From Octopus vulgaris (taxonomy: Eukaryota): a DNA stretch of 64,000 nucleotides. Shown here piece by piece: positions 11,985 to 25,330 of the stretch. The stretch spans positions 86,738,001 to 86,802,000 of the forward strand of contig OX597819.1 in assembly GCA_951406725.2 (NCBI GenBank), written 5' to 3'. Position numbers and translations under genes: made by a program. The notes beneath the pieces are model-generated. The model was not told the origin of the DNA. It saw only the letters and a list, made by a program, of their open reading frames with translations, and did no database searches. Position 1 is the stretch's first letter. Each line of letters begins with the position of its first letter.

Positions 11985-13917
11985 AGTAGCAGAAATACCC
12001 GGCGTTGCCCGGGTTAAAGAGGATAATTAAATTTTAAAATGCCATCTAGATTACGCAGGTTTCAACTGCTAGTAGCTGGGTTACCAACTTTCTACATTAA
12101 TAACACTCCAACCCATGCCGGCATTGAATATAGACGTTAAGTGGAATGTTAAAAGAAAATTTTCAACCCATAAATGTATATAAAGTAAATACATGTAATT
12201 CAAAAACACGTTTTGTGTAGCTTATTTCATGATGAAAAAACAAATACAGATTATAAACAACGAAAAGCCGATTTTGGTGATTCATTTGACAGTGGTTGTA
12301 GAGAGCCAATCCGATGATAAATCTGACCTTGGATCTTGAAAGTTTGCATGAATCCAGTTAAATCTCTTGTGGCTCCAAATTATGTCACCTCTAGTGCAGC
12401 GTTGTATTGTCTAATTTTGTTTTGGAAGTGCTTGGAATCCTGGTCAGTTGATGACAACAGTTTCTTCAATAGTTGATGACAAGTTTCTGGAGGTTGGGGT
12501 ATTGCAGGGAGTTTAACCTTTCCACCACTGCAGCACAATGCAGCTGACTCTCCAGGTCAATCCCTTACTTTACAATGTATGCATTCAATTGTCATTGCAC
12601 AAATGGAAACTCTAGTGTCATCTGCATAATGAACTGCTGGATCCTGAATGAAAGCTGCTTCATAGAAGTTGATTCTCTAAGGTGTTGCAACTGTTCTTTG
12701 TTCTGCAGTGAAGGTCCTGTTCCTTGTCAGCCGTGCATGCCTCTGTTCATCACTTTGAGATGCTCTGGCTTTTGTAGTGCACAGTCTGTTAGTTTCTTGG
12801 TGTGCTTCCCTTTCTGCAGCTGTCTCTCTGTCCCTGAACAAAGACATTCTTTTGGCTAACCTTGACATTGCAGACAAATTTGACACTTCCCTTCTAAGCA
12901 TGGTTATATACGTATACAGATATACACAGGTGCAGAAGATAGTAAACAATGAAAATAACTGAAATTATACTTTTTAGTACGATGAGCAGAAAGTAAATCA
13001 GAAATTTTTACGGAAAATAAAGAACTGTACAGGTTGAAGCGAAATTTATCAGTGAATCAAAGGGCCTGTATCAAAGGAACCAGAAAAAACGCCGTTAACT
13101 ACAGAAAAACACAAAACCGTTGCAAAAGTAAATAGATTTTTAGGGAAATTAACTAAATGTACGGATTTTAGTGAAATTTTTAAAAGTTACTTCTGACAGT
13201 AAATTATGAACTTACTTTTTTTATCAGTAATTCCGTCAACAACAAGAAACACAAAACGTTGTAAAAGTAAATAAGAAATTTGTAGGCAAAGTTAACGAAG
13301 TGTACAGATTGAAGTGAAATTTATGAAGTTACTTCTGTCAGTAAATTATGTATGAAATTACTTTCATCAGTAATTGTGAACTTCTTACTGTCAGAAATTT
13401 GTTATGGTTGTTTGTAAATAGCGATTGAAAACTTACAGTGAAAACGATAGCGATTGAACTTAAAGTGAAAACCAATAGCGTCTGGAAAATGAAATTGAAA
13501 ACAATAAAGAATGAGTGAGAGAGAGAGGGGGGAAAGAGAGAGAGAGGGAGAGAGAGAGAGAGAACTAGCTAGTTAGACAAATGAGATAGTTTCAGGTACA
13601 CTAGCGAGAGATAGATACAGAGAAAGATATGGATAGAGAGATCTAGAGAGATAGAGATAGATAGATAGAGAGAGATGGATAGAGAGATATAGATAGGGGG
13701 ATATAGAGATCACTGATGCTAGAAAACTGGAAATAAATATTTTAAAAACTTTCAAAAACGTAAATCTAATATAAAAAGCAATATTTTTTTATGAGCAATG
13801 GATGAAAGGGAGACAAATAATTTCTGAAAGTTACTTTGCAAAGAGTTACTTCCCTTCTCCACGGAACCCAGAAACGAAGAAATCCTCCGCCACACTCTGA
13901 AACCACATTATACAGAC
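11985..13917 (-). mobile_element. Internally deleted Helitron with a RepHel N-terminal relic
   Basis: 3' hairpin cccggcgttgcccggg next to a CTAG-like end at ~11985. Minus strand 12270-12870 gives CIHC...ESAALCCSGGKVKLP...KIRQYNAAL...FKIQGQIYHRIGSL. The 5' boundary is approximate. Confidence 0.8.
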
Positions 13918-14428
13918 ATCAAACTGAGATAGCTTGGACATACATTACACATGATTTTCTACGGACAGCTGCACTATAACAGCTGCATTATAACAAACAA
14001 TTAATTGGAGGATCTTAGAAGTGAATCGAATCGAACTAAAGATTATTTTAAAGTGGCGCAGCACTAAGACTTCAAGAGAGAAAGAACATCACTAAGCGTC
14101 ACTTAATTCGTCAGTCTTTGTGTTCAAAGAATACTGAAGAAAAGGAAGAAAATATACACTCAGCACTACCAAGAAAAGCGAGAAAATAGGTATGCATATA
14201 ATTCATACAGTATCACACTTGAGCTCCCTATGCTACCATTTATATGTCCTGTCTACGACCGAAGCTATTAGTATTGTGATGTTCAGTTACCAGAAGTTCC
14301 AGATATTAAAAATAATGATGATCGTAATCATATTATATAGGCAACATTAAGCAAGGTGTGTTTTATTTGTATGTGTGTGTGTGTGTGGGTGTGTGAGTGT
14401 GTGTGTGCGTGCGTGCGTGCATGCGTGT

Positions 14429-14481
<53 letters not shown>

Positions 14482-14569
14482 TGCGCGTGTATGTATTTAT
14501 ACGTACAAATTTATGTATATATATGTAGAGCAAGGAACACCGTCTTTGAAGTGTTGAAATGTTTTATAT

Positions 14570-15565
14570 TGTTACGAGGGGGACCTCCGTCGAACGAAAG
14601 CTGTTACGGAATCCCTCACACAGACCCGACCGATCAGCGAATGTTCGCCACGGAAACTCGGAGAGGAGAGAGAGACAACAACTGCAGCAGCAGCAGCAGC
14701 AAGAGACACAGACATACAGCGGAAGGCAATTGGCTTACATTTAACGTACTAGTTTATAACACTTTATAATTGTTACAACATCAAATACATATCAGATACA
14801 TTTAAAGAGGAAATACATGCAAGTAACAGAATCAACACATCACAGCATTTAAAGAGTACACGTCGAATTAAACAACAAATCAATACATCATACAGTCCGG
14901 AGACAACAGTTCTGTAACACATATCAACACAGTTCACATTGTTCATTAAATTCTTTTCAACAACTCTGTACACAATGTCTTTACACAGTTCTCTTTAGCC
15001 TTTCCTTTATAACCATCAACAACATAAACAATGTTCTTTTTACTGTCTCATTTCTTTTACATTTCAATACATCGATTCTTTTTCCTTCTTTTTCTTCACA
15101 TATCAATACAATTCACGTACCGTAGTTCCTACTATAATAGCCAATGTCTCATATTGTACCTCATCTCTCCTAGCACTGCTAAATCCAACTTGCTAAACTG
15201 CTTGCCTTGAATACCAAATCCTCACTGCTAAATCCAACCGCTCGCCTTGACTCCCAAATACCCCAATCTCTCTGTCGCAATCACTCTCTCTCTTAGCTCT
15301 GCAATACTCTCTGCCTGTCTTCCTCAGCCCCCCCCCCCCATCCTCTCACTCTGCTGTCATCTCTCATGACAGGCTCCCAGATTCCTTAATCTGTCTTTCT
15401 CAGCCCTCAACATTTCTCTCACTGTCTCTCACAATCTGAACTCTAATTCACATGACAGGGTCGGGGAGCTACCCCAGAGCTAATTAATCAACCCGCATCT
15501 GGCAGAACAATGGATTCATCCCCAAAGTAGGTCGCCGGCTCTGTCCTTAAGCTGAACCCACAACA
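14570..15565. mobile_element. Solo LTR (996 bp), probably Ty3/gypsy
   Basis: TGTT...AACA termini; 4-bp TSD ATAT at 14566-14569 and 15566-15569. Confidence 0.8.
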
Positions 15566-16063
15566 ATATTATCACAAAATTCTTATAATTTATAAAACTA
15601 TCCGTGAGAGACAGAATGACAAATGTTATTCATTTTAAGATTAGTTTTCATTGAACAGATCTATTATCAAAGGTATATTTCTTTAGTGAATCTCGGATTA
15701 AATTGTCCATTTGTCACTAACCGATATTCTTTTAAAGAATGTAATAATTGACGATTTATAGCTCCTGGATTTCATGGAGCAGCCTCCAAAGTGCGATGTT
15801 ATAAGCTTGTTGCTATTCCATTCTGGTTTTATTCTCTCTATTATCTGTGTTTCTTTATTTTAAATACCGACTTATATGTTTTTTATTTTGTCATTGTGTT
15901 AAATATTTCCAATGTTCCTTGGGGCGAGAGATCTTTGTCAGCTTTTATTTCCTCTTTTCAAATTCATTAACTCTCCGGACTTTTATTCAGCTCGTCTCCA
16001 AGGAGCCCTTGTGGCCGTCAAGTTAACGAAGGAAATCTCCACTATTCGTTCGGTATATTAGAA

Positions 16064-16645
16064 ATAGCAGTGAAATCTCCCTCAGGAGACTTGCGGTACT
16101 GAAGAAGGATGGCCATATAGGATTCTGATATAGTTTCAGGTACACTAGCCTGGGGAAGAAACTGATGATCACAGTTACATTGCCTTCTTTCAGTGGACTG
16201 CCAGACCAAGACTGATGTGGGGCTAAGTATCAAACAGCACAGACACTCTACCAACGTTATGAATCTATGTAATACTAGCTCAGGTTTGTTTCGACCCTTT
16301 AGAATTGGATTTTTTGAAAAGTAAGACTTTTGCATTATGTAGCTTGTTATTCTCTTTAAGGGAACATTTTTCTGGTTGAAATACACCGAAAAATGGCGAC
16401 ACAGCAGTCAAAAAATCGTAAACAATAGGGATTTTAATAGAAAAAAGCACCTTTTTTATGTAAATAATTTTTGATGTTAACATGGTCCGATTTGAATTTT
16501 ATCTTCTACGGAATGAAGAGCAAGCCTTCTTCTATCATACTCTCAATTGTGGACAAATTGCGGGGCAGGGTCTCGGAGGAGATAGTGTTAGTTGAAGGCC
16601 ACCAAACCTGCCATACACAGACAACTTCAGCTTTATATATATAGA
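16064..16645 (-). mobile_element. Non-autonomous Helitron-like element
   Basis: Minus-strand 5' TCTATATATATAAAG; degenerate CTAG end with short hairpin; shares tagtttcaggtacactagc with ~13587-13605. Confidence 0.6.
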
Positions 16646-16829
16646 TACGATACCTAACGCGAACGTAATATCAGAACGTAATATCAGGTATCCATATAAT
16701 TCATACAAGAACATAATAGAAGTTTTTGGAGAATAACAGTACAAGGGAGAACTCGACTCTGTAACGTCTTTACTTCCACGGATGGTAAGATTTAACTTTG
16801 TTATCGGTTATTAGAAAAATCCAGACAAT

Positions 16830-17600
16830 AAATATTATTCCTGACATCATACTTCAGAGTGTCATTACAGGAAGTATCTCATCATTTATTTTCAGTGCTA
16901 ACGAAGAAGTAAATAGCTTCCAATTCCATGTTTGAAATGCACGCCTTCGTACAGAAATATCTTTAGTCATTTCCTGCTCTTCTGCATACTACAGTATATT
17001 CCTAAATTATCAACGAAGTACATTGGAAACACGTTCATGCCTTTTAAAATGATATTCAGCTTATCTTCGCAAAAGTCCTGCTGAGTAAGTAAATTTGTCA
17101 GATTGGATTTCAACTATCTTAATAGATTTGTTCAAATTTTATTGAACTCAAATGAGAAAACAAAATTAAAAGAGAAAAAAAAAATATTGAACTCTCCAAA
17201 AATACTTAGAAATTGTTGTTTGGACATCATTCATCTTCTAAGACATTTAATCAAGATGTCTGTAATTTTTTCATCCGTTCGAGATCAATAAAGTAAGCAT
17301 CACTCGAGTAGTTTGGTTGATTATAGCAAATAAGCATTCCTTGAAAAATTTCTGGTTACAAGACTATATAAATAATCTCTATTATTGCTGGGGTTTTTTT
17401 ATATGCTCTGGGTTTTTTTTATATATATGTTCTGTTTCTTTGACAGAAGATGAAATAAGTTCGATTCAAATACTCAAGTGGATTTAATTGAAGATGACTT
17501 CAGCCCAACTAAAACTGGTCTTGTTCAAATGTAATAAATCGATATTATGTACGATATATACATACTGGATTAGAGTCAACAGACTATAGACAAATACATG
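16830..17600. repeat. Ancient tandem-duplication unit, copy B
   Basis: Same collinear anchors as 9060-9760. Confidence 0.75.
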
Positions 17601-17624
17601 CAAGCACAGTCACACAGAGAGGAT

Positions 17625-17657
<33 letters not shown>

Positions 17658-17796
17658 CACAAACACACACACACACACACGTACATATAATGTGGATGCC
17701 TGAGTTTGCCTGTAACTACATAGGCATCTTAAACAATTAGCGATACCATGGTACACACTACTGTGTTATTCTCACTTTAATGACAGCTATGATTTG

Positions 17797-18178
17797 CATG
17801 CATCCATGTATGTATGTATGTATGTATGTATGTATGTATGTATGTATGTATGTATGTATGTATGTATGCATGCATGTATGTATGTATGTATGTATGTATG
17901 TATGTATGTATGTATGTATGTATGTATGCATGCATGCATGTATGTATGTATGTATGTATGTATGTATGCATGTATGTATGTATGTGTATGTATGCATGCA
18001 TGCATGTATGTATGTATGATGCATGTATGTATGTATGCATGCATGTATGCATGTATGTATGTATGTATGTATGTATGTATGTATGTATGTATGTATGTAT
18101 GTATGTATGCATGCATGCATGCATGTATGTATGTATGTATGTATGTATGTATGCATGTATGTATGCATGTATGTATGT
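17797..18178. repeat. (TATG)n/(TGCA)n compound microsatellite
   Basis: Seen directly. Confidence 0.95.
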
Positions 18179-18844
18179 ACGAGTGGACGAAGGGCAACAA
18201 CAGACCGTCACGCTGAAAGATAGCTTTTTGGGTAGTGAATTCTATCCGATTCAATTTGTTTCTTATCACACTTAAGTGGTGTACCAACTTTTGGTCAGGC
18301 GTTCAAGAACAGGTCCTGATAAGCTAACTTTATTGTATACTATCAAAAGCCTTCTGGTAGTCCAACCACACTATGATTAATTTCCTGTGATGCTTTACTT
18401 TTTTCCTGGATCATTTTGTTAATTAGTAGCTGCTGTATACAGCCCCACATTTTTCTAGTTTGCTCAGGTATTATGCTGTTGTTGGTGAGACAATGATCTT
18501 ACATGATCGGATTGAAGTACTCAGTGTATAATTTGTGCAATCATGATATTCTGGCGGACTATTGGGTGGTAATTTTTAGCAAGTGCAATTTGGTTATTTT
18601 GGGGGAATGAGAATAGTAGTCGCAGTTGATAACGATTGGGACAGTTCTTGTCCGCCTTTGATACTTTCTCCATACAGACGTATGAGATCTCGCCGATGAA
18701 AAGGTGAAATTCTTCCGCCAGCAACCTATTATGAGGTCTGACCCTGGAAATTTCCTGTTTGACATTTTCTGAGGAACTGTTTTTAGTATTACGGAGATGT
18801 ACTTGTATTGCAAGTGACCTGATCTGAGATCGTGTGCTGAAACA

Positions 18845-19140
18845 AAAACAATTGCAGCGTGGATGGTGTTTATAAGCCCTTTAAAAACACGCAAAATCTG
18901 TTAGATTCACTTCAGTACGAAATTTTGTCAGTGAACAGGTCGCGGTCTCAAAGCGACGAAATTATTTTGCCAAATTAAATTTACATGTTGAAGTGTAGGC
19001 GCAGGAGTGGATGTGTGGTAAGTAGCTTGCTAACCAGCCACATGGTTCCGGGTTCAGTCCCACTGCGTGGCATCTTGGGCAAGTGTCTTCTGTAATAGCC
19101 CCGGGCCGGAAACTGAAAGAAAGCCTGTCGTATATATGTA

Positions 19141-19223
<83 letters not shown>

Positions 19224-19494
19224 TTGTGTTTGTCCTCCTAGCATTGCTTGACAACCGATGCTGGTGTGTTTACGTCCCCGTCACTTAGCGGTTCGGCAAA
19301 AGAGACCGATAGAATAAGTACTGGGCTTACAAAGAATAAGTCCCGGGGTCGATTTGCTCAACTAAATGCGGTGCTCCAGCATGGCCACAGTCAAATGACT
19401 GAAACAAGTAAAAGAGTAAAAGAGTAAGTGAATCTAATGGTTTTTGTGTGTTTTTAAATGGCTTATAAGCACCTTCCACGTTGCAATTGTTTTT
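18845..19494. mobile_element. MITE with ~70-bp inverted arms, with a SINE nested inside
   Basis: aaaacaattgcagcgtgga...ttagattcactt (18845-18912) is reverse-complementary to 19426-19494. Confidence 0.7.
18997..19425 (+). mobile_element. Octopus tRNA-derived SINE with internal (TA)n(TG)n (OK-like family)
   Basis: tRNA-like head ggcgcaggagtgg...gggttcagtccc and tail gactgaaacaagtaaaagag. Other copies: 21940-22425 (+), 35640-36052 (-), 48028-48350 (+), 49577-49945 (+), 50232-50640 (+), 50900-51320 (-). Confidence 0.85.
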
Positions 19495-21187
19495 TTTTTA
19501 TTTCGTCGTCTATTTCATACTGATTTTGCTAGATATGCTGGTAGTAATTCTGCACCAGTTCTTTTAGTCGAACAGCTTGTTTGGTAAATTCAGCATTTAA
19601 TTCCCATACAGATTTCCAGTAGATCTCAACCTGATTGTTTGTTAGGGCGTCTTTTACAGAAATTGAGCCTTTTGCATTGAAACTGATAAACTGGCTTGGG
19701 ATCGCTGGAAAATAATTTATTGAGTATCTGTCGTTTAGATGCTGTAGATTTATATTTCAGTTTTTCAGCTGTAATTCTGAATTGTTGTTTTAGCTGATGC
19801 AGTTTGAAGTTTAGGTTTTTAAATCCTGTAGCTCCAAATAGCTTCTCTAGTTTTTTTTCTGAGGCATTTCTAATGCCGTGTGAATTTGTTCTCTGTGTTA
19901 CATTTCAAAACTACAATGATCAGTGAAATACCTTTTCACAGGAATAAATTTTTACTTTTTAAGTTACGTACCCTTGCTGGTTCAGGCTTTCTGCTTGAAT
20001 CTCGATTGCGTGGTTTCAGCTCTTTGTGATACGCTAGTAATGTGACAGCTGAGACATATGCCAAAAGATTAATGGTTGCGTAGGTTACTTTCATACATCT
20101 AGACTCTGTGGTCTTCAGATAGTTGTTTGTTATTTCGTTTACTGCCTCTAACTCTAATTTACTGGGTTCTTTACTTAAACTGGTATTATATGGCCTGTCA
20201 TTCAAATTAAGGTTGTGGACCTGTTGATACAAACCATCCCAGATCACTTGTAAGGCGTTCACAAGTTTCTGGTCCTCTTCTTTGTACAGTATAGGCATGG
20301 ATTTCAATTAAATTGTGGTTGTGTTGTTTACTGCTAACTTTAACTAACTGTTCTGTCTGTTCTTCCCTGGAAGTGGGATGATTATCTTCAACGGCAGGCT
20401 TTTTAGTGCCTACGTGCTTTAAATCAGACATTTCTGTTAGATGTATCAATTTACATCTGACGATACGTTTTAGTTGTTCATTTTAATGTTTGGAGGAAAA
20501 ATCTAATTCTGTGTGTTTGGAGTTCCACAAATACTTATCTTGTGTATAGAGCCAAACTTTTGTGGTCAGATTATATATATGCTTCATATAAATATTTTTT
20601 AATGTTGTAGGCCCATAATATACAGTAACTGTAGTCTCTATTAGGTTGAAGGATACTTACACGTTTAGTCATGATGGTTTTGTCTATTCACGGATAGTTG
20701 TATTTATTTTTTCAAAATAGACAATGATTTACTTTAAAAGTTTCGTTAAAGTTTTGTCAGAATTAAATTCAAAGTTGCTCACAGCTTGATTAATTTTTCC
20801 TTTCAGGTTGTTTTTAATTCTACAATTGCATTAAATGTACATATGGAGTAGTGTGTTTCTTTTTCGTGAATTGTTTAGAAAAGTTATTTGACTTATTTCT
20901 TTGTGTATGTAAATGTTACAGCGTTGTGTTTTCTATAAATGTGTTAAGATGTACGTATCGTGTATACAGGATTGCTGCAATATAAGTAATGTTCAAAACA
21001 CGTATATAGAAATATTTATAAGTAATCTTACCGCACTCTGTAGCTCAACTTTTCCAATATTTGGTATGTTGCCTTCATATGAACAGTAATTACACATGTC
21101 CGAGTACTGGACTGACCACAACAGTTACCATTTCGTATGTATGTATGTATGTATGTATGTATGTATGTATGTATGTATGTATGTATG

Positions 21188-21218
<31 letters not shown>

Positions 21219-21309
21219 GGACGGATGGACGGATAGATAGAAGGATTGTTGGATAGATGGGTATCTGTGTGTGTAAACGTACATATGTGTGTATGTTCTC
21301 TTCTGATTC

Positions 21310-21890
21310 TAATTATTTGAATTCGTCCACTGAGGAAGGAGTTGGTTTATAACAAACATACAAAAATGTAGATAAAAAAAACAAAGTCACGTTTTAAACT
21401 TGAAAAAGTCTTGCATATTTTTACCGCCCCACTACAAATTGTATTTGTAACGTGCGAGTTAGCTGGCTGATTTCTTTTCCAAAAACCCCATCTTACCCAG
21501 GTTGTCACTTAGGCATTTACGTACAAAACCAAATGTACCAATTATTATTACTATAAATGTGAATTTATAATCTGGATATAAGAACTGGAGAATTCGGAAC
21601 AGTTGTCAGTTATCCTCTTTTACTTGATCTTCAAAGAGATATTCAAATCAGCTGACCTCTATGATGGTATATACTGTTTCTTGTCTGTACCAAATTACCA
21701 AACAACAATATCTGGCCTGTTATGTTTACACTTGACAGATGTTTTGACGAGAATGTGCTACCAATATTTGTGTGGATGTTTGTGTATGTATTCAGTAATA
21801 GGGGATTCCCCAGTATTTATTCCAGGACAGTCTTTTTCCGAAACGCATTGTATATTGTTTCAACAACATCGCATCGCATAGGATGGTTTC
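21310..21890 (-). mobile_element. RLE-type non-LTR retrotransposon 3' fragment
   Basis: Decayed MRCDVVET...VKCKHNRPDIVVW region, homologous to 22745-23560. Confidence 0.65.
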
Positions 21891-21939
21891 CTTGATGTAT
21901 GTATGTATAAATTTGGCTGTGTGGTAAGTAGCTTGCTAT

Positions 21940-22111
21940 AGGCGTAGGAGTGGCTGAGTGGTAAGTAGCTTGCTTACGAACCGCATGGTTCCGGGTTCAG
22001 TCCCATGGCGTGACACCTTGGGTAAGTGTCTTCTACTATAGCCTCGGGCCGACCAAAGCCTTGTGAGTGGATTTGGTAGAGGGAAACTGAAAGAAGCTCG
22101 TCGTATATATG

Positions 22112-22205
<94 letters not shown>

Positions 22206-22425
22206 TGTGTGTGTTGTGTGTCTGTGTTTGTCCCCACAACATCGCTTGACAACCGATGCTGGTGTGTGTACGTCCCCGTAACTTAGCGGTTCGGCAAAAG
22301 AGACCAATAGAATAAGTACTAGACTTACAAAGAATAAGTCCTGGGGTCGATTTGCTCGACTAAAGGCGGTGCTCCAGCATGGCCACAGTCACATGGCTGA
22401 AACAAATAAAAGAGTAAAAGAGTAA
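21940..22425 (+). mobile_element. OK-like SINE
   Basis: Same family as 18997-19425. Confidence 0.85.
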
Positions 22426-22744
22426 CTTCTACTTAAGTTCTTCTTGAGAGAGTTCAAGCCGGTCGCTAACAAAGCGACAAGACTTTTTGAGTTAGGAGAG
22501 TTCCCGGTGATTGTAAATATGTGATAAGTTGATGTGTTGGTTGAAATGTCGATGCATACTCCCAAATGTGTGCATCTGTTCACATTTGAGTCTCATGTGG
22601 GGAATTTTTGCAACGACTTACAAATCTTCACTGTACCACTTATAGATTGGATTTGGAGAATCTGTATCAGTTTCTTTTGCTCTTTCCTTGTGAAACCGAG
22701 TTTTTCTATGCATTTCTCTTCTATTTTTTTAATAATTATAAATC

Positions 22745-23560
22745 TTCCACTGAAGAGGGAGTCGGTTTCCAACAAAGATACAAGGCTCCATATTTGAGAT
22801 GTAGTTAACACAGACAAATTTACATTTGGAACTTGAGAAAGTTATACTTTTTCTGTTTCACTCACAGATTGAACTTGTAATGTACGAATCAGCCAGTCAA
22901 TTTCTCTTTCTGAAAATCCTAGTTTATCCAGATTCTCCCTTAAGCATTTACTAACAAAATCTAGTGCTCCACTTATTATTAGTATGAATATGAATTCATA
23001 GTCTGGATATAGAAATTGGAGGTTTCGAAGCAGTTGTCCATAGATAGTTGTCCAGGGCAGCTAAACTCTATGAAGGTACATAGCTTTGCCTCTTTGTCCC
23101 AAACAACAATATCCGGCCTGTTATGCTTACATTTGACAGAAGTATTGATGGGGAATGTTCCACCAGTATTCCTTGAGTTGGTGTTTATGAATGTATTCCA
23201 TAACAGGAGGATTTTCTTAGTTTATTTCAAGACAGTCTTTTTTTGCGGATGGCATTGTAAATTGTTTTAGCAACAACATCGTGCCGCATAGGGAGATAAT
23301 GCCGTGCCGACGTTTTAGCACAGCTACTTATAACATACGTAATGTCTTCCACAGAAACATGACATAACCTCCACATGCTTTTGTACCTTGGGATTACAAG
23401 AATGTCACTGTCTCTCTTGTTCACAGGTACTTTGTGGCAATCTTCTGTTCCTGGATTGCAAACGCATAGCCTTCAAAATGTGATGTGATGTAGTGGTCTT
23501 GTGTCCAAGAGAGGCTGCGCTTCGTGTCAATTCTACTGTCTTCTTCAACCTGCAGAACCA
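22745..23560 (-). mobile_element. RLE-type non-LTR retrotransposon 3' end (zinc knuckle plus PD-D/E nuclease relic)
   Basis: FEGYAFAIQEQKIAT...WRLCHVSVEDITYVISSCAKTSARHYLPMRHDVVAKTIYN...VKCKHNRPDIVVWD. Confidence 0.8.
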
Positions 23561-24589
23561 AGAAAGTGACATCCATACAGTGTTATAACTGACGTCTCTA
23601 AGTCAACAGTTACATATTTGGTCCATGACTGAAACTGAATGCATTATACATACCGTACAGTAAGGCGGCCAGCTGGCAAAGCCGTTAGCTTAGTGGACAT
23701 AATGCTTAGCAGTTTTTCGTCCGTCTTTACGTTCTAAGTTCAAATTCCTCCGAGGTCGACTTTGCTTTTCATCCTTTCGGGGTCGATAAAATAAAATAGT
23801 AGTCAAATACTAGGGTTGAGGCAATCTATTTCCCCACACCTCAAATATTAAAAAAAAAACGTCTGGCTCTGTGCCAAATAAAAGAACATAAAATTTGGTA
23901 GAAAACCTTAGGCAAGCAAGAGAGTGTGTTTATATTTATATCTTGAAAAATACGCACTTATCAATGAATTCCATATTTGGCGTTTTGGTTTTACGTTTTA
24001 AGTATCCATGTTTATTTTAGATATTGTTATCGTGCTAAATTCATTAACATTCCTACATTTTCTTTATCTTACCTTCACCAAAGACTTCTGGCTTTTCAGC
24101 TTGCTAAGAGACCTCAAAACGGTCGCTCTACTTGTTAAAGATAGCTGCCAAACTCCATCACATTATGCCTTAAAGAAGGAATTTTATTAAATTTCCTTTC
24201 ATGCGGCTCATTTCCCACAAATACTTATGGAATCTGAGTTAACTAAGGAGCCTCTGTGTAATCGTTGTAAACGGTAATAACTGCGAAATCTCTTCTTCAT
24301 GGTACCTACTATGGCGAAAAAGGAAAGACAGAAGAATGCGATGTAGTCCTAGATTTACTTACCTGGGAAAGAAATGAATGTTTACAGTTGAGTCGCCTTC
24401 GATCATGTACCTACAAGATCAAGTTTCCCTTTATCAGAGTTACGGATCTTTCTACTACGCGGCATTTAGCCTGCTGAAAATATGCTTTTCCAAGACACAA
24501 CGCGTGAAAAATATCTGAAGTGCCTAAAGAATTACCAGTACATCAAATAGAATCTCGACTTTTATTGTCTTCATATTCCCAAGATGATA

Positions 24590-25330
24590 CAGTTTAACTT
24601 TTCATAAATTATTGAGGAAAAAAACACATAATAAATGTCATTTATGACGTCATAGTCCAAAGTATCGTCAAAGGGTGTATCTCATTATCATTTAGTCGAG
24701 ATCTAACAAGGAGTTGAATAATTTTCAATGGTTTCAGTTTCCCTTTTCAAGTGCAAGCCTTCGTATAGGAATATTTTTCATTATTTCTCTGCTTCGCCTT
24801 CACAAACTATAAATGAAAAGTTGATGCGAAATCTCCTTACTTGTGTTCTCAACTGATACTGAGTAAAAATTCAGAATAGCTTACTAAATTTTTCAAACAT
24901 GTTATTGAAATCTAGTGAAATGAAAATAAAAAAAAAAAAATTATGTAATGTTCCAAAAATATATAGAAATTGTTGTTTGGACATCATTTTTATTCTCAGA
25001 CATTTTAATCAGGATTCTTGATAGCTTTTTTCATCTGTCGAAGATCAATGACGTAAGTACCACTCGAGTGATCTGGTCAATTAAAGTGAATGAAACGCCT
25101 TCAAACATTTGTGGCTATGACGCTATGTTATAAATAATTTTTATCATTGCTGGTTATTTTTCCTTTTTTTCCTTTCAGAAGATAAAATAAGTACGATTTA
25201 AGTACTCAAGTAGATTTAATTGACGATGACCTCCGCCCACCTAAACTGTGTCTTGCACTAATGTAATAAAGAAAGACTATGTACGGTGTTCATTCATATT
25301 CTGGACAAGAGAAAGCGAAATCATGCAAAG
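24590..25330. repeat. Ancient tandem-duplication unit, copy C (similarity to 10790-11185 continues at 25820-26262)
   Basis: Collinear anchors; the 30-mer at 25221-25250 is identical to 9731-9760. Confidence 0.75.

Larger units (their letters stand above)
18240..20480 (-). mobile_element. Decayed non-LTR retrotransposon ORF fragment interrupted by a MITE and a SINE
   Basis: Broken minus-strand ORFs (19936-20449, ~18300-18800) with LINE-like composition; clade not determined. Confidence 0.45.
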
